Shown in pieces: positions 15,214 through 23,060 of a stretch of 32,000 nucleotides of DNA. The translations under genes and the position numbers were made by a program. The stretch is taken from the NCBI RefSeq assembly GCF_000025685.1, contig NC_013967.1:2430001-2462000 (forward strand), in the 5' to 3' direction. A model generated the notes under the pieces. It was not told the DNA's origin. It searched no databases and saw only the letters and a program-made list of their open reading frames with translations. The DNA is from Haloferax volcanii DS2. GTDB taxonomy: Archaea; Halobacteriota; Halobacteria; Halobacteriales; Haloferacaceae. How positions within the stretch are numbered: position 1 is the first letter of the stretch; each line of letters opens with the position of its first letter.

Positions 15214-16253
15214 TGGCGACCGAATCACGAGACTACACGGAGGCGACCGAGACGGACCGCGAACTGACCATGAGCCGGGCGATGGTGGAAGCCATCGCGT
15301 GGGAGATGCGCGAGAACGAGGAGGTGTTCTACATGGGCGAGGACGTCGCCGACTACGGCGGCATCTTCTCCAGTACGACGGGCCTCTTGGACGAGTTCGG
15401 TCGCGACCGCGTGATGGACGTTCCCATCAGCGAGACGGCCTACCTCGGCGCGGCCGTCGGGGCCGCACAGGCCGGCATGCGCCCGATTGCCGAACTGATG
15501 TTCGTCGACTTCTTCGGCGTCGCCATGGACCAGATCTACAACAACATGGCGAAGAACACCTACATGAGCGGCGGCTCGTTCTCCGTGCCGATGGTGCTGA
15601 CCACGGCCGTCGGCGGCACCTACAACGACGCCGGCCAGCACTCCCAGACGCTCTACGGGACCTTCGCCCACCTGCCGGGGATGAAAGTCGTCGTCCCCTC
15701 GACGGCCTACGACGCCAAGGGGTTGATGCACACCGCCATCCGCGACGACGACCCGGTCGTCTACATGTTCCACAAGCGTCTCATGGGTCTCGGCTGGATG
15801 CCGTCGCCCTCGGGGCCGAAGACCGGCGTCTCCGAGGAGGACTACGCGATTCCGTTCGGCGAGGCCGACGTGAAGCGCCCCGGCGACGACGTGACCGTCG
15901 TCACCCTCGGCCTGCACGTCCACCGGGCGATGGAGGCCGCGGAACGGCTCGACGACGACGGCATCGACGCCGAGGTCATCGACCTCCGGACGCTCGTGCC
16001 GCTCGACACCGAGACGGTGCTCGACTCGGTCCGCAAGACCGGGAAGCTCCTCGTCGTCGACGAGGACTACCGGTCGTTCGGCGTGACGGGCGAGATAATC
16101 GCGCGGGCCGCCGAGGGCGCGCTGGACGACCTCTCGGCGGTCAAGCGGCTGGCCATCCACGACGTGCCGATTCCCTACGCCCGCCCGCTGGAAGACGAGG
16201 TCAACCCCGGCACCGACGACATCGCGGCGGCCGTCCGCGAACTCCACGAGTGA
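15213..16253 (+). CDS. 2-oxoacid dehydrogenase E1 component, beta subunit
   Basis: The start ATG overlaps the alpha stop (TGATG, 15211-15215). MATESRDYTE...FYMGEDVADYGGIFSSTTGLLDEFG..RVMDVPISE..., 346 aa, has the transketolase-like pyrimidine-binding and C-terminal domains. Confidence 0.9.
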   Translation: MATESRDYTEATETDRELTMSRAMVEAIAWEMRENEEVFYMGEDVADYGGIFSSTTGLLDEFGRDRVMDVPISETAYLGAAVGAAQAGMRPIAELMFVDFFGVAMDQIYNNMAKNTYMSGGSFSVPMVLTTAVGGTYNDAGQHSQTLYGTFAHLPGMKVVVPSTAYDAKGLMHTAIRDDDPVVYMFHKRLMGLGWMPSPSGPKTGVSEEDYAIPFGEADVKRPGDDVTVVTLGLHVHRAMEAAERLDDDGIDAEVIDLRTLVPLDTETVLDSVRKTGKLLVVDEDYRSFGVTGEIIARAAEGALDDLSAVKRLAIHDVPIPYARPLEDEVNPGTDDIAAAVRELHE

Positions 16254-16284
16254 CGGGCGAGTCGGAACCGAACGGGGGTCGCGC

Positions 16285-16545
16285 ATGACGGACGCCGCGG
16301 ACGTGAACTCGGCGGACTCGTGGCCCGACGACGCCGACGACGTGGCCGAGGGCTACCTCGCCAACTGGTTCGTCCGCGAGGGCTCGGCGGTCGACGCGGG
16401 CGAGACGCTCTGCGAGATACAGGTCGAGAAGGTGAGCATCGACGTGGCCGCGCCGACGACGGGGACGGTCACGGAGATAGTCGTGGCAGAAGGCGACGAC
16501 TTCGCCCGCGGCGACGTGCTCGCGCGGGTGCAACCGAGCGCCTGA
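16285..16545 (+). CDS. free-standing biotin/lipoyl attachment domain protein
   Basis: 86 aa: ...VAEGYLANWFVREGSAVDAGETLCEIQVEKVSIDVAAPTTGTVTEIVVAEGDDFARGDVLARVQ. This is the flattened beta-barrel lipoyl-domain pattern with its candidate Lys in VEKV. No acyltransferase domain is attached. Confidence 0.8.
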   Translation: MTDAADVNSADSWPDDADDVAEGYLANWFVREGSAVDAGETLCEIQVEKVSIDVAAPTTGTVTEIVVAEGDDFARGDVLARVQPSA

Positions 16546-16550
16546 ATCGG

Positions 16551-16560
16551 GCTTTTTTCT
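16551..16560. terminator. oligo-T terminator candidate (GCTTTTTTCT) between the convergent lipoyl-domain gene and ppk
   Basis: T6 run at 16553-16558, 8 nt after the lipoyl-domain stop. Archaeal terminators are typically oligo-T tracts. Confidence 0.45.
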
Positions 16561-18804
16561 TCAGTCGTCGCCGGCGCGGTACGCCGCGCCGAGCGCCCGG
16601 TCCATCAGCTCTCGGTGGGCCTCGCGGACCCGCTCGCCGTCGCCGGGGCGACGCTGTTCGTACCGGCCGTCGCTGTCCATCACCCAGCGCCGGCGGTTGT
16701 CCGACAGGAGCGCGTCGAGGACGGCGTCGAGTTCGGCGCGGTGCTCGGGGTCTTCGACGGGCGCGACGGCCTCGACCCGGCGGTCGAGGTTGCGGGTCAT
16801 CCAGTCGGCGGAGCCGACGTAGTAGTCCGGCTCGCCCCCGTTCTCGAAGTAGAAGATACGCGAGTGTTCGAGGAACCGGCCGACGACGCTCGACACCGAG
16901 ACGTGCTCCGAGAGCCCCTCGATGCCGGGTCTGAGCCGACAGATACCGCGGACCACGAGGTCGATGTCGACGCCGGCCATCGACGCCTCGTACAGTTCGC
17001 GGACCATCGCGGGGTCTTCGAGCGCGTTCATCTTGGCGACGATGCGGGCGTCGCGGCCGGCGCGGGCGTGGTCGGCCTCCCGGCGGACGAGCCGGGTCAT
17101 CTCCTCGCGGAGGTTCGTCGGCGCGACCAGCAGTTTCCGGTACGTCTCCTGCCGCGAGTGGCCGGTGAAGAAGTTGAACAGGCGAACGAGGTCGTGGCCG
17201 ATGTCGGGGTCGGCGGTGAACAGCCCGAGGTCGGTGTAGAGCTTCGCGGTCTGGGAGTGGTAGTTGCCGGTGGCGACGTGGGAGTACAGCCGCACCTCGT
17301 CGCCCTCCTCGCGGACGACGAGCGCGGTCTTCGTGTGCGTCTTCAGCCCGATAGTGCCGTAAGCGACGTGGATGCCTTCCTCTTCGAGGCGACGGACCCA
17401 CCGGAGGTTGTTCTCCTCGTCGAACCGCGCTTTGAGTTCGACCATCACCGCGACCTGCTTGCCGTTCTTGGCGGCCTCGATGAGCGTCTCGATGACCTCG
17501 GAGTCCGGCGCGGTCCGGTAGATGGTGGCTTTGATGGCCAGCACGTCGGGGTCGGCCGCGGCCGCCGCGAGGAACGTCCCCACCGTGCCCGTAAACGAGT
17601 GGTACGGGTGGTGGACGAGCACGTCCTTCCGGGCGATTTCGGTGAACACCGAGTCGGGGTCGTCGGCGGAGCGGCCGGCGAACCGTGGGTGGGGCTGGGG
17701 CGTCCACGGCGCGACTTCGAGTTCCGGCCGGTCGAGGTCGAAAAGCGACGCGAGCGCGCCGTAGTCCAGCGGCAGGTCGCGCTCGAACACCTCGCGGTCG
17801 TCCACGCCGAGCTGTTCTGCGAGCAGGTCGCGGACGACCTCGGGCGTGCCCGACTGGACCTCCAAGCGGACCACCGTGGCGAATCGGCGCTGGCGGAGCA
17901 CGTCCTCTATCGTGGCGATGAGCCCCTCTGCGACCTCCTCGTTGCGGCGGACCTCGGCGTTCCGCGTCACCCTGAACGCGGAGGTGTCGACGACCTCGAC
18001 GTTCGGGAACAGCAGGTCGATGTTGCGCTCCATGACGGCCACGAGCGGGACGAACCTGACGGGTCCCGCGGGGCCGTCGTCGTCCGCCCTCCCTCCCGCG
18101 TCGCCGACGCGCTCGTCCACGTTGACGAGTCGCGGGCGGTTGCCGGGGACTTTGACCCGCGAGAACTTCGTCGGCTCCTCCGGGCCCTCGGTCGTGCGGA
18201 CCGCGAGCGACAGCGAGAGGTTCGAGATGAACGGGAACGGATGGGCCGGCTCGAACGTCAGGGGCGTCAGCGTCGGCAGGACCGACGCCTCGAAGTAGTC
18301 GCGGAGGGCCGCCCGCTCGTCGGGCGCGAGGTCGTCGTAGCCGACGATGTCGATGCCGGCGTCGGTGAGCGCGGGGCGGACGAGGTCGTGGAAGCAGTCG
18401 GACTGTCGGTCGAGCAGGTCGCGGGCGCGGTCGAGGACGAGCGACCACTGCTGGCTCGGCGTCCGGCCGTCGGGCGAGGGTTCGCTCACGCCGGCGGCCA
18501 TCTGCTGTTTCAGCCCGCCGACGCGCTTCATGAAGAACTCGTCGAGGTTCGAGGTGAGAATCGAGAGGAACTTGACGCGCTCGAAAAGCGGGTTGCGGTC
18601 GTCTCTCGCCTCGTGAAGGACGCGCTCGTGGAAGGCGAGTTCGCTGAGTTCGCGGTTGAGATACAGCGCGGGGTCTGCGAGGTCGGCGTCGACCGGATTC
18701 GACTCGTCGTCGTCGCGGTCGCGAACGCGGACCGGCGCGGTCGCCTGCCCCTGACCGGCCTGTCGGCCCTGCGAGTCGCCGCCGCGAACCTCGTCGTCGG
18801 ACAT
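16561..18804 (-). CDS. ppk: polyphosphate kinase 1
   Basis: The track ORF extends to 19266 but overlaps the upstream gene. The ATG at 18804 gives MSDDEVRGGDS...LYLNRELSELAFHERVLHEA...FFMKRV...GLKTHTKTALVVR..., 747 aa, with the full PPK1 architecture. TATA-like CTAAAGG lies about 33 nt upstream. Confidence 0.9.
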   Translation of the reverse strand: MSDDEVRGGDSQGRQAGQGQATAPVRVRDRDDDESNPVDADLADPALYLNRELSELAFHERVLHEARDDRNPLFERVKFLSILTSNLDEFFMKRVGGLKQQMAAGVSEPSPDGRTPSQQWSLVLDRARDLLDRQSDCFHDLVRPALTDAGIDIVGYDDLAPDERAALRDYFEASVLPTLTPLTFEPAHPFPFISNLSLSLAVRTTEGPEEPTKFSRVKVPGNRPRLVNVDERVGDAGGRADDDGPAGPVRFVPLVAVMERNIDLLFPNVEVVDTSAFRVTRNAEVRRNEEVAEGLIATIEDVLRQRRFATVVRLEVQSGTPEVVRDLLAEQLGVDDREVFERDLPLDYGALASLFDLDRPELEVAPWTPQPHPRFAGRSADDPDSVFTEIARKDVLVHHPYHSFTGTVGTFLAAAAADPDVLAIKATIYRTAPDSEVIETLIEAAKNGKQVAVMVELKARFDEENNLRWVRRLEEEGIHVAYGTIGLKTHTKTALVVREEGDEVRLYSHVATGNYHSQTAKLYTDLGLFTADPDIGHDLVRLFNFFTGHSRQETYRKLLVAPTNLREEMTRLVRREADHARAGRDARIVAKMNALEDPAMVRELYEASMAGVDIDLVVRGICRLRPGIEGLSEHVSVSSVVGRFLEHSRIFYFENGGEPDYYVGSADWMTRNLDRRVEAVAPVEDPEHRAELDAVLDALLSDNRRRWVMDSDGRYEQRRPGDGERVREAHRELMDRALGAAYRAGDD

Positions 18805-18881
18805 GTGCTTGAGAGGAGATGGTTCGGCGGCGGCCTTTAGTTCGCCGCCTCCGTCGTCGCCGCCACCGTCGCCTCGGGGGC

Positions 18882-19583
18882 TCAGACCAGCGCGGGCTGG
18901 CGGGGTTCGAGAATCTTCGAGTCCTTGCGGGACTCGTGGGTGACCTCGGAGTCGACGGCGACGAGTTCGTCGGCGTGGAGGTCGTAGGCCGTCAGCGCGC
19001 CGCCGTAGACCGCGCCCGTGTCGAGGCCCATCGCGTACTCGAAGACGGCGGGGTGGGCCATCACGGTGTGCCCGAAGAAGACGCGCTCGGGACCCTCGTA
19101 GTACTCGAACCAGAACGGGCCGTCGTAGCTGTCGCCGGGGTTCATCGCCCGGGTGTTTTCGAGTTCGTCGACGCTGTGTTCGGAAAGCGGCTTTTCGGGG
19201 TGGACGCCGCCGTGGACGACGATGGCGTCTTCCCACGTGATGGCGACCGGGAGGTTCGAAATCCATTCGAGGTCGTCGTCTGTCAGCGCGTCTAGCTCCT
19301 TCGTGCCGCGGATGAGCTTTTCTTCGTTGTTGCCGCGGACGGTCAGGAAGTTGTCGCGCTCGCGGACGTAGTCCACGACGCCCTTGCTGTCGGGGCCCTT
19401 CCGCACGAGGTCGCCGACGAAGACGACGAGGTCGTCCTCGGAGGGTTCGAGCCGGTCGACGAGGCGTTCGAGCGCCGGCAGACAGCCGTGTACGTCGCCG
19501 ACGACGTACACGTCGTCCCAGTCGTCGATGTCGACTCGAAGGTGTTGCTCGGCGACGTCGGGGTGGAAGGACGGGACACTCAT
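18882..19583 (-). CDS. calcineurin-like metallophosphoesterase (PrpE/ApaH-like Ser/Thr phosphatase or bis(5-nucleosyl)-tetraphosphatase)
   Basis: 233 aa. Motifs GDVHG, GDLVRKGP, RGNNE (Asn where GNHE/GNHD usually has His), VVHGG and FGHT. Confidence 0.85.
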   Translation of the reverse strand: MSVPSFHPDVAEQHLRVDIDDWDDVYVVGDVHGCLPALERLVDRLEPSEDDLVVFVGDLVRKGPDSKGVVDYVRERDNFLTVRGNNEEKLIRGTKELDALTDDDLEWISNLPVAITWEDAIVVHGGVHPEKPLSEHSVDELENTRAMNPGDSYDGPFWFEYYEGPERVFFGHTVMAHPAVFEYAMGLDTGAVYGGALTAYDLHADELVAVDSEVTHESRKDSKILEPRQPALV

Positions 19584-19651
19584 TGGAAACGTTCTCTCCT
19601 CTGCCTGAAGACGGCTACCTAAGAAAGGGTTGCTAGTTTCGAACTATTGTG

Positions 19652-19659
19652 CTATATAG
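19652..19659. promoter_or_regulatory. palindromic strong TATA box CTATATAG in the divergent phosphoesterase/map intergenic region
   Basis: Read directly. This is the best TATA match in the window. It lies about 70 nt from the phosphoesterase ATG (19583) and about 110 nt from the map ATG (19767), so whichever gene it drives would carry a 5-prime leader. Confidence 0.4.
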
Positions 19660-19748
19660 ACATGGCTGTGGGTCTCACGCACGCCGCGCGAGCCGCCGGC
19701 GACGACCCGCCCTCTGTCGCCGGCCATCCCGCAATCGCTTTCCGGCGC

Positions 19749-19766
19749 GGCCGCGAAGTCGCGGCC
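19749..19766 (+). promoter_or_regulatory. GC hairpin GGCCGCGA-AG-TCGCGGCC abutting the map start codon
   Basis: 8-nt inverted arms (in practice a 7-bp stem plus tetraloop) ending one nucleotide before ATG 19767. Confidence 0.3.
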
Positions 19767-20657
19767 ATGAGCATCGGACCCCTCGACGACGAGACGGTCG
19801 AGAAGTATCGAGAGGCAGGGGAGGTCCTCCGCACGGTGTTGGACGAGTCGGCCGAGATGGTCGAACCCGGCGTCACCCACCTTGAAGTCGCCGAACACGC
19901 CGAAGCGCGCATCCGCGAACTCGCCGATGGCTGTGCGTTCCCGGTCAACATCAGTATCAACGAGGAGGCGTCGCACGCCAGCCCCGGCCGCGACGACGAC
20001 ACCGTGTTCGGCGAGGACATGGTCTGTCTGGACGTCGGCGTCCACGTCGACGGCTACATCGCAGACTCCGCGGTGACAGTCGACCTCTCGGGCAACGACG
20101 AACTCGTCGAGTCCGCCGAGGAGGCGCTCGACGCCGCCCTCGACATGGTCGAAGCGGGCGCGCACACCGGGAAAATCGGCGCGGAAATCGAGGACGTGAT
20201 TCGCGGCTACGGCTACACGCCCGTCCTCAACCTCTCGGGCCACGGCGTCGAGCAGTGGGACGCCCACACCGACCCGACCATCCCGAACCGCGGCGCAGAG
20301 CGCGGCGTCGAACTCGAAGTCGGTGACGTGGTCGCCATCGAACCGTTCGCCACCGACGGCACGGGCAAGGTCACCGAGGGGTCGAAAAACGAGATTTACA
20401 GCCTCGTCAACGACCGCTCGGTCCGCGACCGCATGTCGCGCAAACTGCTCGACGAGGTGCGCGAGGAGTACAAACTGCTCCCCTTCGCGGCCCGCTGGTT
20501 CGAGGGCGGTCGCTCAGAGATGGCGATTCGCCGGCTCGAACAGCAGGGTATCCTCCGCGGCTACCCCGTGCTGAAAGAGGAAGACGGCGCGATGGTCGGA
20601 CAGGCCGAAGACACCATCATCGTCACCGAAGACGGCTACGAGAACCTCACGCGATAG
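19767..20657 (+). CDS. map: methionine aminopeptidase, type 2 (archaeal/eukaryotic)
   Basis: The ATG at 19767, MSIGPLDDETVEKYREAGEVLRTVL..., aligns from memory with archaeal MetAP N-termini. FPVNISINEEASHASP, DVGVHVDGYIADSA, NLSGHGV and EPF motifs are present. 296 aa. Confidence 0.9.
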   Translation: MSIGPLDDETVEKYREAGEVLRTVLDESAEMVEPGVTHLEVAEHAEARIRELADGCAFPVNISINEEASHASPGRDDDTVFGEDMVCLDVGVHVDGYIADSAVTVDLSGNDELVESAEEALDAALDMVEAGAHTGKIGAEIEDVIRGYGYTPVLNLSGHGVEQWDAHTDPTIPNRGAERGVELEVGDVVAIEPFATDGTGKVTEGSKNEIYSLVNDRSVRDRMSRKLLDEVREEYKLLPFAARWFEGGRSEMAIRRLEQQGILRGYPVLKEEDGAMVGQAEDTIIVTEDGYENLTR

Positions 20658-20737
20658 TCGGACGGAACCGGAGTCGGAGCCAGCACCGACCGCCCCGAGA
20701 CCGAAACGGCTTGCCCGTCCGGGTCCATTGAGCCGCC

Positions 20738-21307
20738 ATGGACCAACTGTTCGCCCCGTGGCGCATCGAGTGGGTCGCCCGCGACGACGACCAAGACGCC
20801 GACGCCGACGACCCGGACGACGACGACCGCTGTCCCTTCTGTGCGCTCCCCGAGCGCGACGACGACAGAGAGAGCAAAATCGTCGCCCGCTCGCCGCACT
20901 CGTTCGTCCTCCTGAACAACTACCCCTACGCGCCGGGGCACGTCATGGTCATCCCGCACCGCCACACCGGCGAGTTCGCCGCCCTCTCGGACGCGGAACT
21001 CCTCGACCACGCCCGGCTCAAATCGAAGACGCTCGCCGCGTTGGACGCCGCCTTCGACCCCGCCGGGTTCAACGCGGGCGAGAACCTCGGCGGCTCGGCC
21101 GCCGGCGGCTCCATCGACGACCACCTCCACACCCACGTCGTCCCGCGGTGGAACGGCGACACCAACTTCATGCCGGTCATCTCCGACACGAAAGTGCTCG
21201 TGCAGGCGCTCGACGACTCCTACGACCAGATTCACGAAGCGTTCGCCGGCCTCGACGGGGCACTCGCCGACGGCGACGACGACGCGGTTCGCTTCGAATT
21301 AGACTGA
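20738..21307 (+). CDS. HIT-family protein, Ap4A-phosphorylase/ATP-adenylyltransferase-like branch
   Basis: 189 aa. APWRIEWV, CPFC, LLNNYPYAPGHVMVIPHRH, GFNAGENLGGSAAGGSIDDHLHTHVVPRWNGDTNFMPV (histidine triad HLHTHVV). The pattern resembles mycobacterial Rv2613c as I remember it. An acidic insertion, DDDQDADADDPDDDD, is present. Confidence 0.85.
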   Translation: MDQLFAPWRIEWVARDDDQDADADDPDDDDRCPFCALPERDDDRESKIVARSPHSFVLLNNYPYAPGHVMVIPHRHTGEFAALSDAELLDHARLKSKTLAALDAAFDPAGFNAGENLGGSAAGGSIDDHLHTHVVPRWNGDTNFMPVISDTKVLVQALDDSYDQIHEAFAGLDGALADGDDDAVRFELD

Positions 21308-21388
21308 CCCTAAAACTCACGTCGAGTGCATCTAATAGCCCGCTCCGGCCCGAAGCGCATTTGAACCCCTCTCCCGAAAGCCACGGTA

Positions 21389-22324
21389 ATGGAGCGGAAG
21401 CGGGCCATCCGTCGGGTCGGATTCGTCGTCCTCGCGGCGAACGTGCTTCTCGTCGCCGGGAAGGCCGGCGTGTGGTGGACGACCGGGAGCCTGGCCCTCG
21501 GGTCCGAGGCGGTCAACAGCCTCGCGGACGCGGTTTACAGCACCATCATCCTCGGCGGCCTCTATCTGACGACGAAGCCGCCGGACTGGGAACACCCCCA
21601 CGGCCACGAGCGTATCGAGCCGTTCATCTCGCTTTTCGTCGCGGTCGGCATCTTCGCCGCCGGCGGGGCGATTCTCTGGCAGAGCACGTCCAGCATCCTC
21701 GCGGGGACTTACGGCGGAGACGCGGGGACGCTCGGCGTCGTCGTCCTCGTCGTCGCGGCGGCGGCCAAGTACGTCCTCTACCGCTACTGCTACTCGGTCG
21801 GCCGCGAGCAGAACTCGCCGGCGCTCGTCGCCGCCGGCGTCGACAACCGAAACGACATCCTCACCGCCGGGGCGGCGCTCGTCGGCGTGGTCGGCGGGCA
21901 GTTCGGCTACCCCATCTTGGACCCGCTGGCCGCCATGGTCGTCTCCATCGGCATCGTCTACACCGGCTACGAAATCGTCCGCGACAACGTGAACTACCTC
22001 GTCGGGGCCGCCCCGCCGGAGTACCTCCGGGCGCTCATCGTCCAGACCGCCCTGTCGCACCCCGACGTGTACGGCGCACACGACGTGGTCGCCCACTACG
22101 TCGGCCCCGAAATCGACGTGAGCCTCCACATCGAGGTCGAAGGCGACATGACGATTGCCGAGGCTCACGACATCGAGACGTGGGTCGTGCAGGCGATTCG
22201 GAACATCGACGAGGTCGACGACGTGTTCGTCCACATCGACCCGAAGGAACTCGGGGAGTGGAAGGAAGACGACGAGACCGAGCGCTACACCATGTTCTCG
22301 CCCGACGGCGGCGACGACCGCTGA
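21389..22324 (+). CDS. cation diffusion facilitator (CDF) family metal efflux transporter
   Basis: 311 aa. 6 TM helices, HPHGHERIEP loop, and a C-terminal cytoplasmic domain (HDVVAHYVGPEIDVSLHIEV). TATA-like CATTTGA lies about 30 nt upstream. Confidence 0.85.
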   Translation: MERKRAIRRVGFVVLAANVLLVAGKAGVWWTTGSLALGSEAVNSLADAVYSTIILGGLYLTTKPPDWEHPHGHERIEPFISLFVAVGIFAAGGAILWQSTSSILAGTYGGDAGTLGVVVLVVAAAAKYVLYRYCYSVGREQNSPALVAAGVDNRNDILTAGAALVGVVGGQFGYPILDPLAAMVVSIGIVYTGYEIVRDNVNYLVGAAPPEYLRALIVQTALSHPDVYGAHDVVAHYVGPEIDVSLHIEVEGDMTIAEAHDIETWVVQAIRNIDEVDDVFVHIDPKELGEWKEDDETERYTMFSPDGGDDR

Positions 22325-22373
22325 CGGCCACTAACTTCCACTAACGGACGCTGACGACCGCTGACGACCGCTG
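22311..22373. repeat. degenerate 10-nt periodic array (consensus CTGACGACCG, about 6 units) spanning the CDF stop codon and the whole convergent intergenic spacer
   Basis: Read directly: gcgacgaccg ctgacggcca ctaacttcca ctaacggacg ctgacgaccg ctgacgaccg ctggggg. There is an exact tandem at 22351-22370. GACGACCGCTGACG is repeated 40 nt apart and CCACTAAC 10 nt apart. Confidence 0.7.
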
Positions 22374-22378
22374 GGGGT

Positions 22379-22999
22379 TCAAAGAAGCTTCTGGACTTCC
22401 AGCCGTAGCTCCCCGAGATACGGCACGTGGAACTGGCCTTTCGCCCGCACCCAGTCGGGTCGGACGGGCGAGGCGATGCCCCGCGCCTGGTCGTAGTAGT
22501 CGTTGTCGTCGCCGCGAGTGACGTAGCCGGCGTGCGGCGCGGGGCAGTTCAGAAGTTCCGCACAGGAGTCCGAGCCGTCGACGTAAGACGAGTTGGCCCG
22601 GTCGTACCAGTTCTCTCCGTCCTCGACCCAGAAGACCGCGCGATGGATGATGGGCGAGCCGTCGCGCGACGGCGTGTCGTAGACGACGACATCGCCCGGG
22701 CCGCCGAGCCGGCCGTAGCCCTCGCTCGCGTTGGCCGTGACCACGCCGTAGTCGTCGGCCGCGGGGCCGCCGTAGCGAACCTCCGCGGTCACGACGACGA
22801 GGTCGCCGCGTTCGAGAGTCGGTTGCATGCTCCCGCTCTCGACGGCGACCATCGGGGGCCACACGCCGCTCACCGCGAACAGCACCGCGCCGACCGCGAC
22901 GACGACCGCGACCGTCGAGAGCGCGTCTCTGGCGAACGCTCGGGCCTCCGATTGACTGTCGTCGGACACGGGTGCTGTCAGCCGTCGCGTCGCTATCAA
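22379..22999 (-). CDS. sec11: signal peptidase I, archaeal/ER Sec11 type
   Basis: 206-aa ORF. One TM anchor, then the catalytic SGSMQPT, IIHRAV and GDDNDYYD motifs. The start is uncertain: TTG at 22999 (track) or GTG at 22969 (MSDDSQSE...). No ATG is available. Confidence 0.8.
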   Translation of the reverse strand: MIATRRLTAPVSDDSQSEARAFARDALSTVAVVVAVGAVLFAVSGVWPPMVAVESGSMQPTLERGDLVVVTAEVRYGGPAADDYGVVTANASEGYGRLGGPGDVVVYDTPSRDGSPIIHRAVFWVEDGENWYDRANSSYVDGSDSCAELLNCPAPHAGYVTRGDDNDYYDQARGIASPVRPDWVRAKGQFHVPYLGELRLEVQKLL

Positions 23000-23029
23000 T
23001 CTTGTTGCCGGCGTCGGCGTGAGAGAAAC

Positions 23030-23041
23030 CGTTAGGGCCGG
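23030..23041 (+). promoter_or_regulatory. second copy of CGTTAGGGCCGG; promoter candidate for the GNAT gene
   Basis: Identical 12-mer to the hmgA promoter word. TTAGGG starts 29 nt before GTG 23061, against 28 nt for hmgA. Confidence 0.3.
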
Positions 23042-23060
23042 GTGGCGCGACGGTCGGGTC

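Noticed and set aside
16469-18840. 659-aa and 741-aa ORFs overlapping ppk on other frames
   Set aside because: They are Arg-rich or Val/Gly/Asp-rich mirror frames of the PPK1 gene. PPK1 motifs appear only in the 16561-18804 minus frame.
19662-19766. In-frame upstream ATG (19662) giving map a 35-aa N-terminal extension
   Set aside because: The ATG directly abuts the TATA box, which is too close for initiation. The extension (MAVGLTHAARAAGDDPPSVAGHPAIAFRRGREVAA) has no counterpart in archaeal MetAP2, whose N-terminus aligns with MSIGPLDDETVEKY.
22311-22373. Short tandem repeats (here, 7073-7100 and 28728-28751) as a possible CRISPR array
   Set aside because: The units are 8-14 nt with no unique spacers between them and only 2-6 copies, and no cas genes are nearby. 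They are micro/minisatellites, not CRISPR.
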